This document shows, one piece after another, positions 19,150-27,771 of a stretch of DNA of 64,000 nt. Below the pieces are notes generated by a model that saw only the letters and a list, made by a program, of their open reading frames with translations, had not been told where the DNA came from and made no database searches. Each line of letters begins with the position of its first letter. The first letter of the stretch is position 1. This stretch comes from Bacteroidota bacterium (GTDB taxonomy: Bacteria; Bacteroidota; Bacteroidia; NS11-12g; UBA955), in assembly GCA_016787485.1 (NCBI GenBank), contig JAEUUL010000005.1, positions 5,588 to 69,587 of the forward strand. Direction: 5' to 3'. The translations under genes were made by a program, and so were the position numbers.

Positions 19150-20277
19150 TCAATTTAACAAACTGTATATAAACAGTTTACCCAGCGGGTACCACAGCAC
19201 TATAAAGACCACCAGCATGAGACCCAGCATGGCAGCAGCCCGTTTTCTGTGCATGGCATGCGCTGGTCCCAACATGGCACTGTTGCGGTACAAAGCCACA
19301 TCCGTGCTGGCAGACAGCGGCAGAAACCAATAGAATAACATCCACATCCCCTCAAAAAGCACAAAGGGCCGGTTTCTTTCTTTCCAGCTTATAAACAAGG
19401 AAATAAGCACGTAAGCGGTCATTGTCAGGTTCTGGATTTCAATCCAGCTTGACAGTGAAAATGGCTCCGAAATGAGATGCTGCCATCGTATCCCCAGCAT
19501 TTTCAGCGGACTCTGTATTCCATGTCCGTATTTGCTTTGAATCAAAAACAGGGCATTCCAGTGGCCTGTGACCCACTGGTCATAGCCAAACCAGAGAAAC
19601 AATCCTGCCAGAGCCGGGATCAGCGTTTTCAGCAGAAAATACCAGGGCAGTTTTTTCTCTGCCATCCAGCGGCGAAATGCTTCCATGCCCAATACCGCCA
19701 GGAGAAAAAAACCGATTCCGTAAGACAATACAGCCAGACATGAAAACACACCGGCTGATAAGTACTTTTCGCGTCGCAATTGCAGCATCACCAGTGCAAG
19801 GAGAAAACATGCCAGCGATACAGGGAAAAGGGCGTGCAGGTAAATACTCCCCGGGGCAAATGCAGCGATGCTAATTCCCAGCCAGTGCCGCAACTGAAAG
19901 TTGTTTACTTCCCACAACCGGGCGACTACGAGCAAATATGCCATTTGGAAAATCCAGCTCAGCCAGAGTGCTGTCATTGCAGGGTCTGTTTTCAGCAAAG
20001 CAGTGAGAACGGCAATAAACAACGGATACAGTGGCGCCCATCCGGCAGTCCCCTGCCACATTCCGGCATGTCCCTCCCATGGAAACAAGGTATGCCCATG
20101 TTGTGCAATGCGCAGATAGAGTCCGCTGTCGGCACGCATCCAGCAGTCTGGAGTAAACCCTGCCTGGCAGTTTCCCTCCAGAGCAATGAAAGCTGCAGCA
20201 ACTCTGGCCAGTACAAACACCACAAACGGTATTACAACCGCAGGGTGCGTCAGCCTTTTTAATACCGGCACCGCCAA
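19150..20277 (-). CDS. polytopic membrane protein, possibly a PIG-V/GT-C-like glycosyl(mannosyl)transferase
   Basis: 375-aa ORF with about 9-10 hydrophobic segments. The WMRADSGLYLRIAQHGH loop resembles the WDSxWYxxIAxxGY motif of PIG-V-like enzymes. The family assignment is tentative. Confidence 0.4.
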   Translation of the reverse strand: MAVPVLKRLTHPAVVIPFVVFVLARVAAAFIALEGNCQAGFTPDCWMRADSGLYLRIAQHGHTLFPWEGHAGMWQGTAGWAPLYPLFIAVLTALLKTDPAMTALWLSWIFQMAYLLVVARLWEVNNFQLRHWLGISIAAFAPGSIYLHALFPVSLACFLLALVMLQLRREKYLSAGVFSCLAVLSYGIGFFLLAVLGMEAFRRWMAEKKLPWYFLLKTLIPALAGLFLWFGYDQWVTGHWNALFLIQSKYGHGIQSPLKMLGIRWQHLISEPFSLSSWIEIQNLTMTAYVLISLFISWKERNRPFVLFEGMWMLFYWFLPLSASTDVALYRNSAMLGPAHAMHRKRAAAMLGLMLVVFIVLWYPLGKLFIYSLLN

Positions 20278-20282
20278 AACTT

Positions 20283-21980
20283 CTAATTCATTCGTTGCAG
20301 ATAGCTATCCAGATGTCGAAACAGATTCTTGATATTTCCTTCGGAGAAATCGAATCCGGGACCAGCAGCTGTGTACATTTCCGGTATAGTGCGGGTATAG
20401 CCCAGTTTCAGGGCCTTCTTATAGTCACCAAGTGCTTTTCCTGCATCGTTGCAATAGCTCATCCACACACCCAATGCCCCCAATTGGGCAAATCCGTATT
20501 CTATGTAGTAGAAGGGAATTTCAAAAATGTGCAATTGTTTGTGCCAACTGTATTTCAGGGCATCCTCACAGCCGGAATAGTCAACTTCTCCCGGGCCAAA
20601 CCTTCCTTGCAATTCCAGCCACTTAGCCGCCCGTTCCGCTGCCGTATGTTCCGGATTTGTGTATATCCAGTGTTGAAAAGCGTCAACCTGGGCAATCCAG
20701 GGCAGGGTTGCCAGTATTCCTTCCAATTGTTCACGTTTCGCCCGGTTTAAGTCTGTTGCGTCGGGAAGGTAAGCATCCCATGCATCCATGGTAAGCAATT
20801 CCATGCTCATGCTTGCGAGTTCGGCCACTTCGCTTGGGGTATTTTTAAAGGCATTCAGCTCCAGTGGTGCCATCAGAAAACTATGCACGGCATGGCCGGC
20901 TTCATGCACCAGTGTTTCCACGTCGCGCAGATTGCCACTGGCATTCATAAAAATAAAGGGTTTGTTGGTTTCTGCCAGCGGGTAATTGTACCCTCCCGGT
21001 GCTTTCCCGATTCTGCTTTCCAAATCCAGCAGATTGTCTTTTTTCATGGTTTGCAGACATTCAGCAAAAAACGGATCTGTCTTTTGCAGGCAAACCAGCG
21101 ATTTCTCCAGCAAATCGGCACCATCGCTAAAGGGTTTCAGCGGGGCCCGGCCTTCCGCATCTACTGCCAGGTCCCAGGGCCGCAGCTTGTCCAGTCCCAA
21201 TTTGGTTCTGCGGGATTCTGTCAGTTTCCTCAGCAAGGGAACCACACAAGTCTCAACAGATTGGTGAAAATCCAGACAATCCTGCACCGTATAATCATAC
21301 CGGCCCAGTGCTTTGAACATGTAGTCGCGGAAATTGCTGAAACCTGCATTCAGTGCCACCTGATGCCGCTTTTGAACCATAGCATCAAACAAGGTTTCCA
21401 GTTTGGCAACATCGGCATTCCGGCGTTCGAACATTTTTTTCCAAACCACTTCACGCACGGCACGGTCTGTGTCCATGAGATAATTGCCGGCCTGCTGCAT
21501 GGTGATGGTTTTTCCATCATGCTCTATGCTCATTGCCCCTTGTATTGCAGCGTATTCCTGAGCCATAGAGGCCAGTTCTGCCTGAAGTGGCACGTTTTCC
21601 TCCCGGAAAATCTCAACGGCACCGCGCAAGCCCCGCAGATAAATGCGGTAAGCTTCGTCTTTTTCAACATCCGCTGCAAATGGAGATTTTACAATTTTGT
21701 TGTTGATTTTGTCTTCCAGCGGCGCCAGATGCGGTTGTATCTCCTGCACAAAAAAGAGATAAGCCTTTTCCCGTTCTTTGTCGGTGGTATCGCAGGTCAT
21801 GCGTATATACCGCCAGGCCAGGTCTTCACTCACCGCACTTTCAAGTTCACTCACATCGGCAAGGAACTGCCGGTATCCGGCTTCATTTTGAATCTCGCGG
21901 TTTGCAAGTGATTCATACCAAGAGATGACGTCTTCGCGTGTTTCTATCGTTAATTGTTCAGGAATAAAATGTCTGGGCAT
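20283..21980 (-). CDS. pepF: M3-family oligoendopeptidase (PepF-like)
   Basis: 565-aa ORF with the zinc motif HEAGHAVH and a downstream E, and overall PepF-like length. Confidence 0.8.
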   Translation of the reverse strand: MPRHFIPEQLTIETREDVISWYESLANREIQNEAGYRQFLADVSELESAVSEDLAWRYIRMTCDTTDKEREKAYLFFVQEIQPHLAPLEDKINNKIVKSPFAADVEKDEAYRIYLRGLRGAVEIFREENVPLQAELASMAQEYAAIQGAMSIEHDGKTITMQQAGNYLMDTDRAVREVVWKKMFERRNADVAKLETLFDAMVQKRHQVALNAGFSNFRDYMFKALGRYDYTVQDCLDFHQSVETCVVPLLRKLTESRRTKLGLDKLRPWDLAVDAEGRAPLKPFSDGADLLEKSLVCLQKTDPFFAECLQTMKKDNLLDLESRIGKAPGGYNYPLAETNKPFIFMNASGNLRDVETLVHEAGHAVHSFLMAPLELNAFKNTPSEVAELASMSMELLTMDAWDAYLPDATDLNRAKREQLEGILATLPWIAQVDAFQHWIYTNPEHTAAERAAKWLELQGRFGPGEVDYSGCEDALKYSWHKQLHIFEIPFYYIEYGFAQLGALGVWMSYCNDAGKALGDYKKALKLGYTRTIPEMYTAAGPGFDFSEGNIKNLFRHLDSYLQRMN

Positions 21981-22043
21981 AGTTGTGAAATTTCACCTTG
22001 GATAAGGTGTGTGCGTTGAATAAGGTTTGAAAAGAAAAGGGTG

Positions 22044-22607
22044 TCAGGAACCCATTTTGCGGGGCGTGGTGGTTTTGGCCTTTACGCCACCCACCGGTTT
22101 CGGTGCACTGGTCTTTACCTTTTTGGGTGCTGCCTTGTCCTGTGCCGCATTCCGGGTGGGTTTCTCGGCACCTGATTCCGGTTCGTCCGTTTCTTCGGTC
22201 TCTTCTGCACCGAGTTTGTCAAAATCCAGCGAGGATTTCAACATCTGGTACCAGCCAAAGAGTTTTTTCATATCACCGGGGTATACCTTTTCCCTGCTGT
22301 AGTCAGGAAGCACCGCTTCCAATCCTGCGCGCAGTGCATCGGCGTCTGCTTTCCCGTCGGGAATGGCATTGCCAGCATCTTCGTGGGCTTTCAGGCTTTT
22401 CAGCACCTGCCACAATTTGGCTTCTCCCTCTTCTGTAAATATTGCGATGTCAGACAGCACACTTACGCGGTGTCTGGGTGTGGTGCTGAACTTTCTGCCG
22501 GTTCCTATGGTCTCTACAATCAGACCATTTTTGTTGCGGCCTTTTACATGGTGTAATCCGGGTTCACCGGCTACAGATACAATATCCTTTAATTCCATTT
22601 TGTGCAA
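22044..22607 (-). CDS. hypothetical protein with Lys/Ala/Pro-rich histone-H1-like tail (possibly DUF5606)
   Basis: 187-aa ORF. The N-terminus MELKDIVSVAGEPGLHHV... resembles the conserved Bacteroidota DUF5606. The C-terminus is AAPKKVKTSAPKPVGGVKAKTTTPRK. The start may be M4 (22598). Confidence 0.45.
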   Translation of the reverse strand: MHKMELKDIVSVAGEPGLHHVKGRNKNGLIVETIGTGRKFSTTPRHRVSVLSDIAIFTEEGEAKLWQVLKSLKAHEDAGNAIPDGKADADALRAGLEAVLPDYSREKVYPGDMKKLFGWYQMLKSSLDFDKLGAEETEETDEPESGAEKPTRNAAQDKAAPKKVKTSAPKPVGGVKAKTTTPRKMGS

Positions 22608-22649
22608 ATTTCCGGTAAACGGCCCAATTACGCAAACCGGATGCTGTTT

Positions 22650-23072
22650 CTATTTTGCCCGGTCCAGCAACAGGGTAGATTCCTGCATGAAAAATGCGGG
22701 TCGTTTGTTCTCGCTGTAGTTTATCATCAGTTTCATGCCACCCGTTGGCAAAAACTCAAAAATAGCCGGCATGGTGTTCACCAGTTGCATGGTCGCTTTT
22801 TTATAAATCAGCAGGTCCATCTGCATGGGCTTTGTCTTGTAATTTACCTTGTATTTCATGGCGTATTTTACCCCTTCTATGTCATATTCCTTGCCACCGA
22901 TGGTATCCGATTCATAGACCATGCCGGCATATCCATCCGGGTTGAAAAAAAACAGACTGCTTTCTTCCTGATTGGTTACCTGCCATTTTCCGGTAAGCAC
23001 TGTATCTGCCGGGGCAGAGGCCGACAATGAGGAGCAGAATCCAACAAAAATCAAAAGCAAAAGGTATTTCAT
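22650..23072 (-). CDS. hypothetical secreted small protein (lipocalin-like size)
   Basis: 140-aa ORF with a signal peptide (LLLIFVGFCSSLSASA) and a beta-rich sequence. Confidence 0.45.
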   Translation of the reverse strand: MKYLLLLIFVGFCSSLSASAPADTVLTGKWQVTNQEESSLFFFNPDGYAGMVYESDTIGGKEYDIEGVKYAMKYKVNYKTKPMQMDLLIYKKATMQLVNTMPAIFEFLPTGGMKLMINYSENKRPAFFMQESTLLLDRAK

Positions 23073-23131
23073 TGCGTATTGGGAATCAATAATTGTGCCG
23101 CGGTATCATTTGGAAACAACTCCTCCGGAAC

Positions 23132-24901
23132 TCACCTGTACAAAACATATTCGGTTTGAGTGCTGTTGACTCCGAATTTTCCGCTGTTGGGAACCGGAAC
23201 ATTCTTCTGGTATTTGGCATTGTAGTCATTGATGCCTTTGCGCACCTGCTTTACAATTTCCGAAATTTCCAGCACCGGATCGGTATTGATGTTCAGGCAT
23301 TGAATCAGTTGGGCGGAAAAAGGAGAGTGGGCTCCGGGTGTGCCATCCGGCACATACTCTTTTCCGCCGCTGGTGAGGTAATACCGGTTGGCGCAATTCA
23401 GTTGGGCAGCGGCCTGCTTCTGACCGTTTCCGTTCAGTATGGATTTTAACAATTCTGCCTTTTCCGGATCACCGCAGGCATTTACATCCTGTTCCTGCTC
23501 GGTACCCACACTGATGGTTCCTCCGAAGCATACATCCAGCACTACCAGTACATTTTTTATGGGCAGATTGTTCAAAAGGTTTACCAGGTTCACATAACTC
23601 TGATAATGGATCATTTCCGGATTCTGTGCCAGAGGTTTGGCATCGGTAAATTGAATGACACCTGTTTTCATGCGGGGGTAATAATTTCCATGACCGGCCA
23701 CATAGAGCAGAAACTGGTCGTGTTCATGGTACTGCACTGTATCCAGGAAGTACAGCAGTGCCTGCATAAAACCGGCACTTGTGCTGTTCCGCAGCAGCTT
23801 TGCTTCATACCCGTATTTTTCAGTCAGCACTTTACCCAGGGCTTCTGCATCGGCAATGGGGTTGTTCAGGTCTGTGGTGTACTGGTAATCATTCATGCCC
23901 ACCACCAGGGCGTATTTCTTTGGTTTTTGCAACCCGTCCATCAATCCTCCCGGTTTGATCAGAGGAACAGGGTCTCCCCGCATTTCTTCCCCTTTTTCGC
24001 CTGCATTGTGTTTCAGGTAATTCTGCAGAATTTCAAAAATGTCCTTTTCACGGATGTAATTCAACAGGGAGCCATGCGCCATGGAATCCAGCTTCTGCTG
24101 TAGTAAAAACGGCAGGTTGTTGGGCTGCGATTCCTCGTCGAACATATAGTTCCAGAAATCGGTACGGCCCAGTTGTGTGGCCACGGATGCCAGGGAAAGG
24201 GTGAGTGCACCGCCCTGTCCGCGGGTTTCCATGCCATACCCCATGTTGCTCAGAAAAATGCGGTTGCGGTTTTCGGCCAGTGCTTTTTCAAAGTTATTTT
24301 CCGTGAGCCGGGCAATCATTTCCTCCTTCAGATGTTCCGTTTTACCGGCATCCAGAAAAATAAGCTGCCTGCGGGCGGGCATCAAATCCAGCCATAGTTT
24401 CAGGTCTGAGAGGGTGAAGTACTCACTGGTTTGCCCGGGCTCCATGGAGAGGTAAAAGCGTATTTCTTCTGCGTGTGTATTGGTGTCGGTTTCTACGGGT
24501 ACAGAAATGCCGGAGTAGTGAAAAATGAAAATATCTTCATTGCCCATACTGCGTATGAGTTTTTGAATGCTGTCCAGCAACTGGGAATTGTGCACCGGGT
24601 TCATCAGTGCACTGATGTGTTCCGGTCTGGCATTCCATTGATCCCGGCTCATACGGCTCAGGTTGATGACATCCAGGTCTGACTGAAAAAGAGGGGTGAC
24701 AAATGCCGAGTCCATTCCCATGCCACGGCCATCGAAACAGGCTTGTGTAATCCCCACACCCATGTAAAAAATATGCCCTTTCAGGCTGGTATCCCGCCGG
24801 CTCAGTATGGAACCGGCACGGGCCTGTTGCACACCAGTCGCAGTCAGTAACAGACCCGTCAGGCATTGGAATATGCGTTTCATGCGTTTACAATGATACA
24901 T
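23132..24901 (-). CDS. secreted caspase-family (peptidase C14) protein with a degenerate N-terminal caspase-like repeat
   Basis: 589-aa ORF with a signal peptide that probably starts at the MKRIFQ codon (24883). The C-terminal half has YALVVGMNDY...LLYVAGHGNYY...VLVVLDVCFGG, giving a His/Cys dyad. The N-terminal half repeats the pattern without the dyad. Confidence 0.7.
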   Translation of the reverse strand: MYHCKRMKRIFQCLTGLLLTATGVQQARAGSILSRRDTSLKGHIFYMGVGITQACFDGRGMGMDSAFVTPLFQSDLDVINLSRMSRDQWNARPEHISALMNPVHNSQLLDSIQKLIRSMGNEDIFIFHYSGISVPVETDTNTHAEEIRFYLSMEPGQTSEYFTLSDLKLWLDLMPARRQLIFLDAGKTEHLKEEMIARLTENNFEKALAENRNRIFLSNMGYGMETRGQGGALTLSLASVATQLGRTDFWNYMFDEESQPNNLPFLLQQKLDSMAHGSLLNYIREKDIFEILQNYLKHNAGEKGEEMRGDPVPLIKPGGLMDGLQKPKKYALVVGMNDYQYTTDLNNPIADAEALGKVLTEKYGYEAKLLRNSTSAGFMQALLYFLDTVQYHEHDQFLLYVAGHGNYYPRMKTGVIQFTDAKPLAQNPEMIHYQSYVNLVNLLNNLPIKNVLVVLDVCFGGTISVGTEQEQDVNACGDPEKAELLKSILNGNGQKQAAAQLNCANRYYLTSGGKEYVPDGTPGAHSPFSAQLIQCLNINTDPVLEISEIVKQVRKGINDYNAKYQKNVPVPNSGKFGVNSTQTEYVLYR

Positions 24902-24964
24902 GATTTGGAAAAAAGGTAAGCGGCGGACGACAGAAAATTGATTGCCTCCCGGAATTGCATTTGC

Positions 24965-25306
24965 TCACCCGCCTCCGAAATTTTTCCGGATGAGGACCTT
25001 TTGAAACACCCGCAGCACAATGGCTTTTGCCAGATTCTCTATCCAGTCCCCCGGCATGGATTTTACCTTCCGGTACTGGCTTTCACTCAAATCCACGCGG
25101 TTGATGATGCGCATCAAAGCGGCCGCATTCCCCGTTTGCTGTTTCTCCAGAAAAGCCTGAATTTCAAGTACCATGGCTGGTAAATCAGGGTATCCCGTTT
25201 CGCGAAAAGCGAATCCGGCAATCCCCAGATCTTTTTCCAACTGTTGCTGCGTTTTTTGCAGCATGGCCGCGTCTGGCGTCTGCAGTTCCAGTTCTCCGGG
25301 ATGCAT
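24965..25306 (-). CDS. hypothetical protein
   Basis: The ORF was trimmed to MHPGELELQ.... Its ATG overlaps the TGA of the upstream transporter gene (TGATG). I recognise no family. Confidence 0.4.
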   Translation of the reverse strand: MHPGELELQTPDAAMLQKTQQQLEKDLGIAGFAFRETGYPDLPAMVLEIQAFLEKQQTGNAAALMRIINRVDLSESQYRKVKSMPGDWIENLAKAIVLRVFQKVLIRKNFGGG

Positions 25307-26577
25307 CACTCGGGTTTGGTATGTGGCACATGTTCCAGCGCACCTTCCCATTTGCTCACCGCACTGGTGGCCAGGGCGTTGCCCAGTACATTGGTCATGC
25401 TGCGGCCCATATCGCAGAAATGGTCTACAGGCAATATCAGTGCTATGGCCTCCGCTGGTATGGTTGGCATAAAAACAGCACAGGTAGCCGTTACCACCAC
25501 CAGACTGGCCCTTGGCACCCCCGCAATACCCTTGCTTGTAAGCATGAGCATGAACAACATACCCAGCTGGGTCTGAAAATCGAGGTGAACCCCGTATGCC
25601 TGAGCCAGAAAGATGCTGGCGAAGGTCATATACATCATGCTCCCGTCCAGGTTGAAACTATAGCCCAGCGGAAGGACAAAGGAGACAATATTCGGTCTGC
25701 AGCCAAATCGTTCCATCTCTTCCGTGAGTTTGGGGAATACCGCCTCACTGCTGGTGGTGCTGAAGGCAATGACCAGAGGGTTCAATATACGGCCCAGCAT
25801 GGTTTTCAGCCGTTGTCTCAATATCAGATACCCCACTGCCAGCAGGATAATCCAGAGCAGGGCCAATCCTACATAAAACGTGCCTATGTAATACAGGTAC
25901 ACTTTTAAAACGCCAACGCCTTTCAGTGCGATCACCGAGGCCATGGCGCCGAATACCCCCAATGGGGCAATCTGCATGATGTAGCCCACCATTTTGAGTA
26001 TCACATGTCCAACCAGATCAAACAACTGAACCACAGGTTTGCCTTTTTCTCCAAAGGCGGTAAGGGCAATGCCAAAAAACAGGGAGAAAACCACCACCTG
26101 CAATACTTCGTTGTTTGCCATAGCCTCTGTGATGGATTTGGGAAAAACATGTTCGATGAATTTGGCCAGACCCAAATGCTGGGTTTTATCCAGGACCTCT
26201 TTGGCCGAGCTGCTGTCAATATCTGCCAGCGAAACACCCACCCCGGGCTGAAAAAAGTTGACCAATACCATGCCCAGCAGCAAACTCACCAGGCTGGCAC
26301 TTACAAACCAGAGCATGCTTTTGCCTCCAATTCTGCCCACCGCACGCAAGTCGCCCATTTTGGCTATGCCCGCTACAAGGGTAAAAAAGACCAATGGGGC
26401 AATAATCATCTGTACCAGCCGCATAAAAATGGTGGTGAGTAATTTGATCTGACCAGCAAATTCTTTCAGTTCTTTTGCTCCGGCTGTCTGGTGTACCCAT
26501 TCCCCCACAGCTACGCCCAAAACCATGGCCAGCAGGATGAACAGGGTGAGTCGGTGTCGTTTGGGAATGCGTATCAT
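25306..26577 (-). CDS. dicarboxylate/amino acid:cation symporter (DAACS family)
   Basis: 423-aa ORF with a GltP/DctA-like topology and the motifs STTSSEAVFP and SKGIAGVPRASLVVV. Confidence 0.85.
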   Translation of the reverse strand: MIRIPKRHRLTLFILLAMVLGVAVGEWVHQTAGAKELKEFAGQIKLLTTIFMRLVQMIIAPLVFFTLVAGIAKMGDLRAVGRIGGKSMLWFVSASLVSLLLGMVLVNFFQPGVGVSLADIDSSSAKEVLDKTQHLGLAKFIEHVFPKSITEAMANNEVLQVVVFSLFFGIALTAFGEKGKPVVQLFDLVGHVILKMVGYIMQIAPLGVFGAMASVIALKGVGVLKVYLYYIGTFYVGLALLWIILLAVGYLILRQRLKTMLGRILNPLVIAFSTTSSEAVFPKLTEEMERFGCRPNIVSFVLPLGYSFNLDGSMMYMTFASIFLAQAYGVHLDFQTQLGMLFMLMLTSKGIAGVPRASLVVVTATCAVFMPTIPAEAIALILPVDHFCDMGRSMTNVLGNALATSAVSKWEGALEHVPHTKPE

Positions 26578-26754
26578 CCCTGCAATTATACCACCATTCT
26601 GCGGGTGTACCTGAGGGATTCAGCCCTTTTCAACTGTATTTTTCTTCATCCGGATTAAGCAATGGCAGGCTGGCTATCTGTTGTACAGAGGTATGGCTGG
26701 AGTGGGAGGATCCGGGTTAACCCCGATAAATCGCAGATTTCACCGGCCTTCTGG

Positions 26755-26783
26755 CAGATTATGCATTCATAATGCATAATCTG
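26755..26783. promoter_or_regulatory. perfect 13-bp inverted repeat upstream of hldD
   Basis: CAGATTATGCATT-cat-AATGCATAATCTG ends 18 nt before the ATG of hldD. Confidence 0.4.
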
Positions 26784-26801
26784 GGTTAATTTTGAAGCAG
26801 T

Positions 26802-27767
26802 ATGATTGTGGTAACCGGCGCAGCCGGATTTATTGGATCTGCCTTGCTGGCCGGCCTGCAACAACAGGGTTATGGCAACCTGGTGGCTGTTGATGATTTC
26901 TCAAATCAGGATAAGAACCTGAACCTCCGGGGCAAAAACGGCGTGGAACGCGTAGAAAGGGAGCAATTTTTCGAATGGGCCACCCGCCACGCCACAGAAA
27001 TTCAATTTATTTTCCATATCGGCGCCCGCACAGATACCGCAGAGTTTGATGAGTCTGTGCTCAATCATCTGAATGTTCATTACTCACAGCGCATGTGGCA
27101 GTTGTGCACAGCGCATTCCATCCCCCTTATTTATGCTTCGTCTGCGGCAACGTATGGCAACGGGGAATATGGATTTTCTGATAACCCGGACAATTTGGCG
27201 AAACTGCAACCGTTAAATCCCTATGGCTGGAGCAAACACCATTTCGATCTGTGGGCGTTGGGGCAGCCAACCGCACCTCCATTCTGGGCCGGTTTCAAGT
27301 TTTTCAACGTGTTTGGTCCCAACGAATATCACAAACACCGGATGGCAAGTGTGGTTCTGCATGCCTGCAAGCAAATTCAGCAAACCGGGCGGGTGAAATT
27401 GTTCCGCAGCCACCGCCCCGGCATAGCAGACGGCATGCAGCAGCGCGATTTTATTTATGTAAAAGATGTGTTAAACGTACTCCTGTGGTTTATGGAAAAC
27501 CGTAAGAACAGCGGATTGTACAACCTGGGTACCGGAGTGGCCCGCAGCTTCCTCGACCTCACACACGCGGTTTTCAGTGCCCTGCAACTGCCTCCGGCCA
27601 TCGACTTTGTGGACATTCCCGAAGACATTCGCGACAAATACCAGTATTATACCTGCGCAGATATGCAGCGTGTGCAGCAAACCGGCTACTCCGCAGGTTT
27701 CTCCACACTTGAAAATGCGGTCACAGATTATGTGAACGGATATCTGAAGGAAGGGAAATATTTCTAA
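26802..27767 (+). CDS. hldD: ADP-glyceromanno-heptose 6-epimerase
   Basis: 321-aa SDR with MIVVTGAAGFIGSAL...VAVDDFSN and YASSAATYG, typical of HldD/RfaD. Confidence 0.8.
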   Translation: MIVVTGAAGFIGSALLAGLQQQGYGNLVAVDDFSNQDKNLNLRGKNGVERVEREQFFEWATRHATEIQFIFHIGARTDTAEFDESVLNHLNVHYSQRMWQLCTAHSIPLIYASSAATYGNGEYGFSDNPDNLAKLQPLNPYGWSKHHFDLWALGQPTAPPFWAGFKFFNVFGPNEYHKHRMASVVLHACKQIQQTGRVKLFRSHRPGIADGMQQRDFIYVKDVLNVLLWFMENRKNSGLYNLGTGVARSFLDLTHAVFSALQLPPAIDFVDIPEDIRDKYQYYTCADMQRVQQTGYSAGFSTLENAVTDYVNGYLKEGKYF

Positions 27768-27771
27768 CGGA

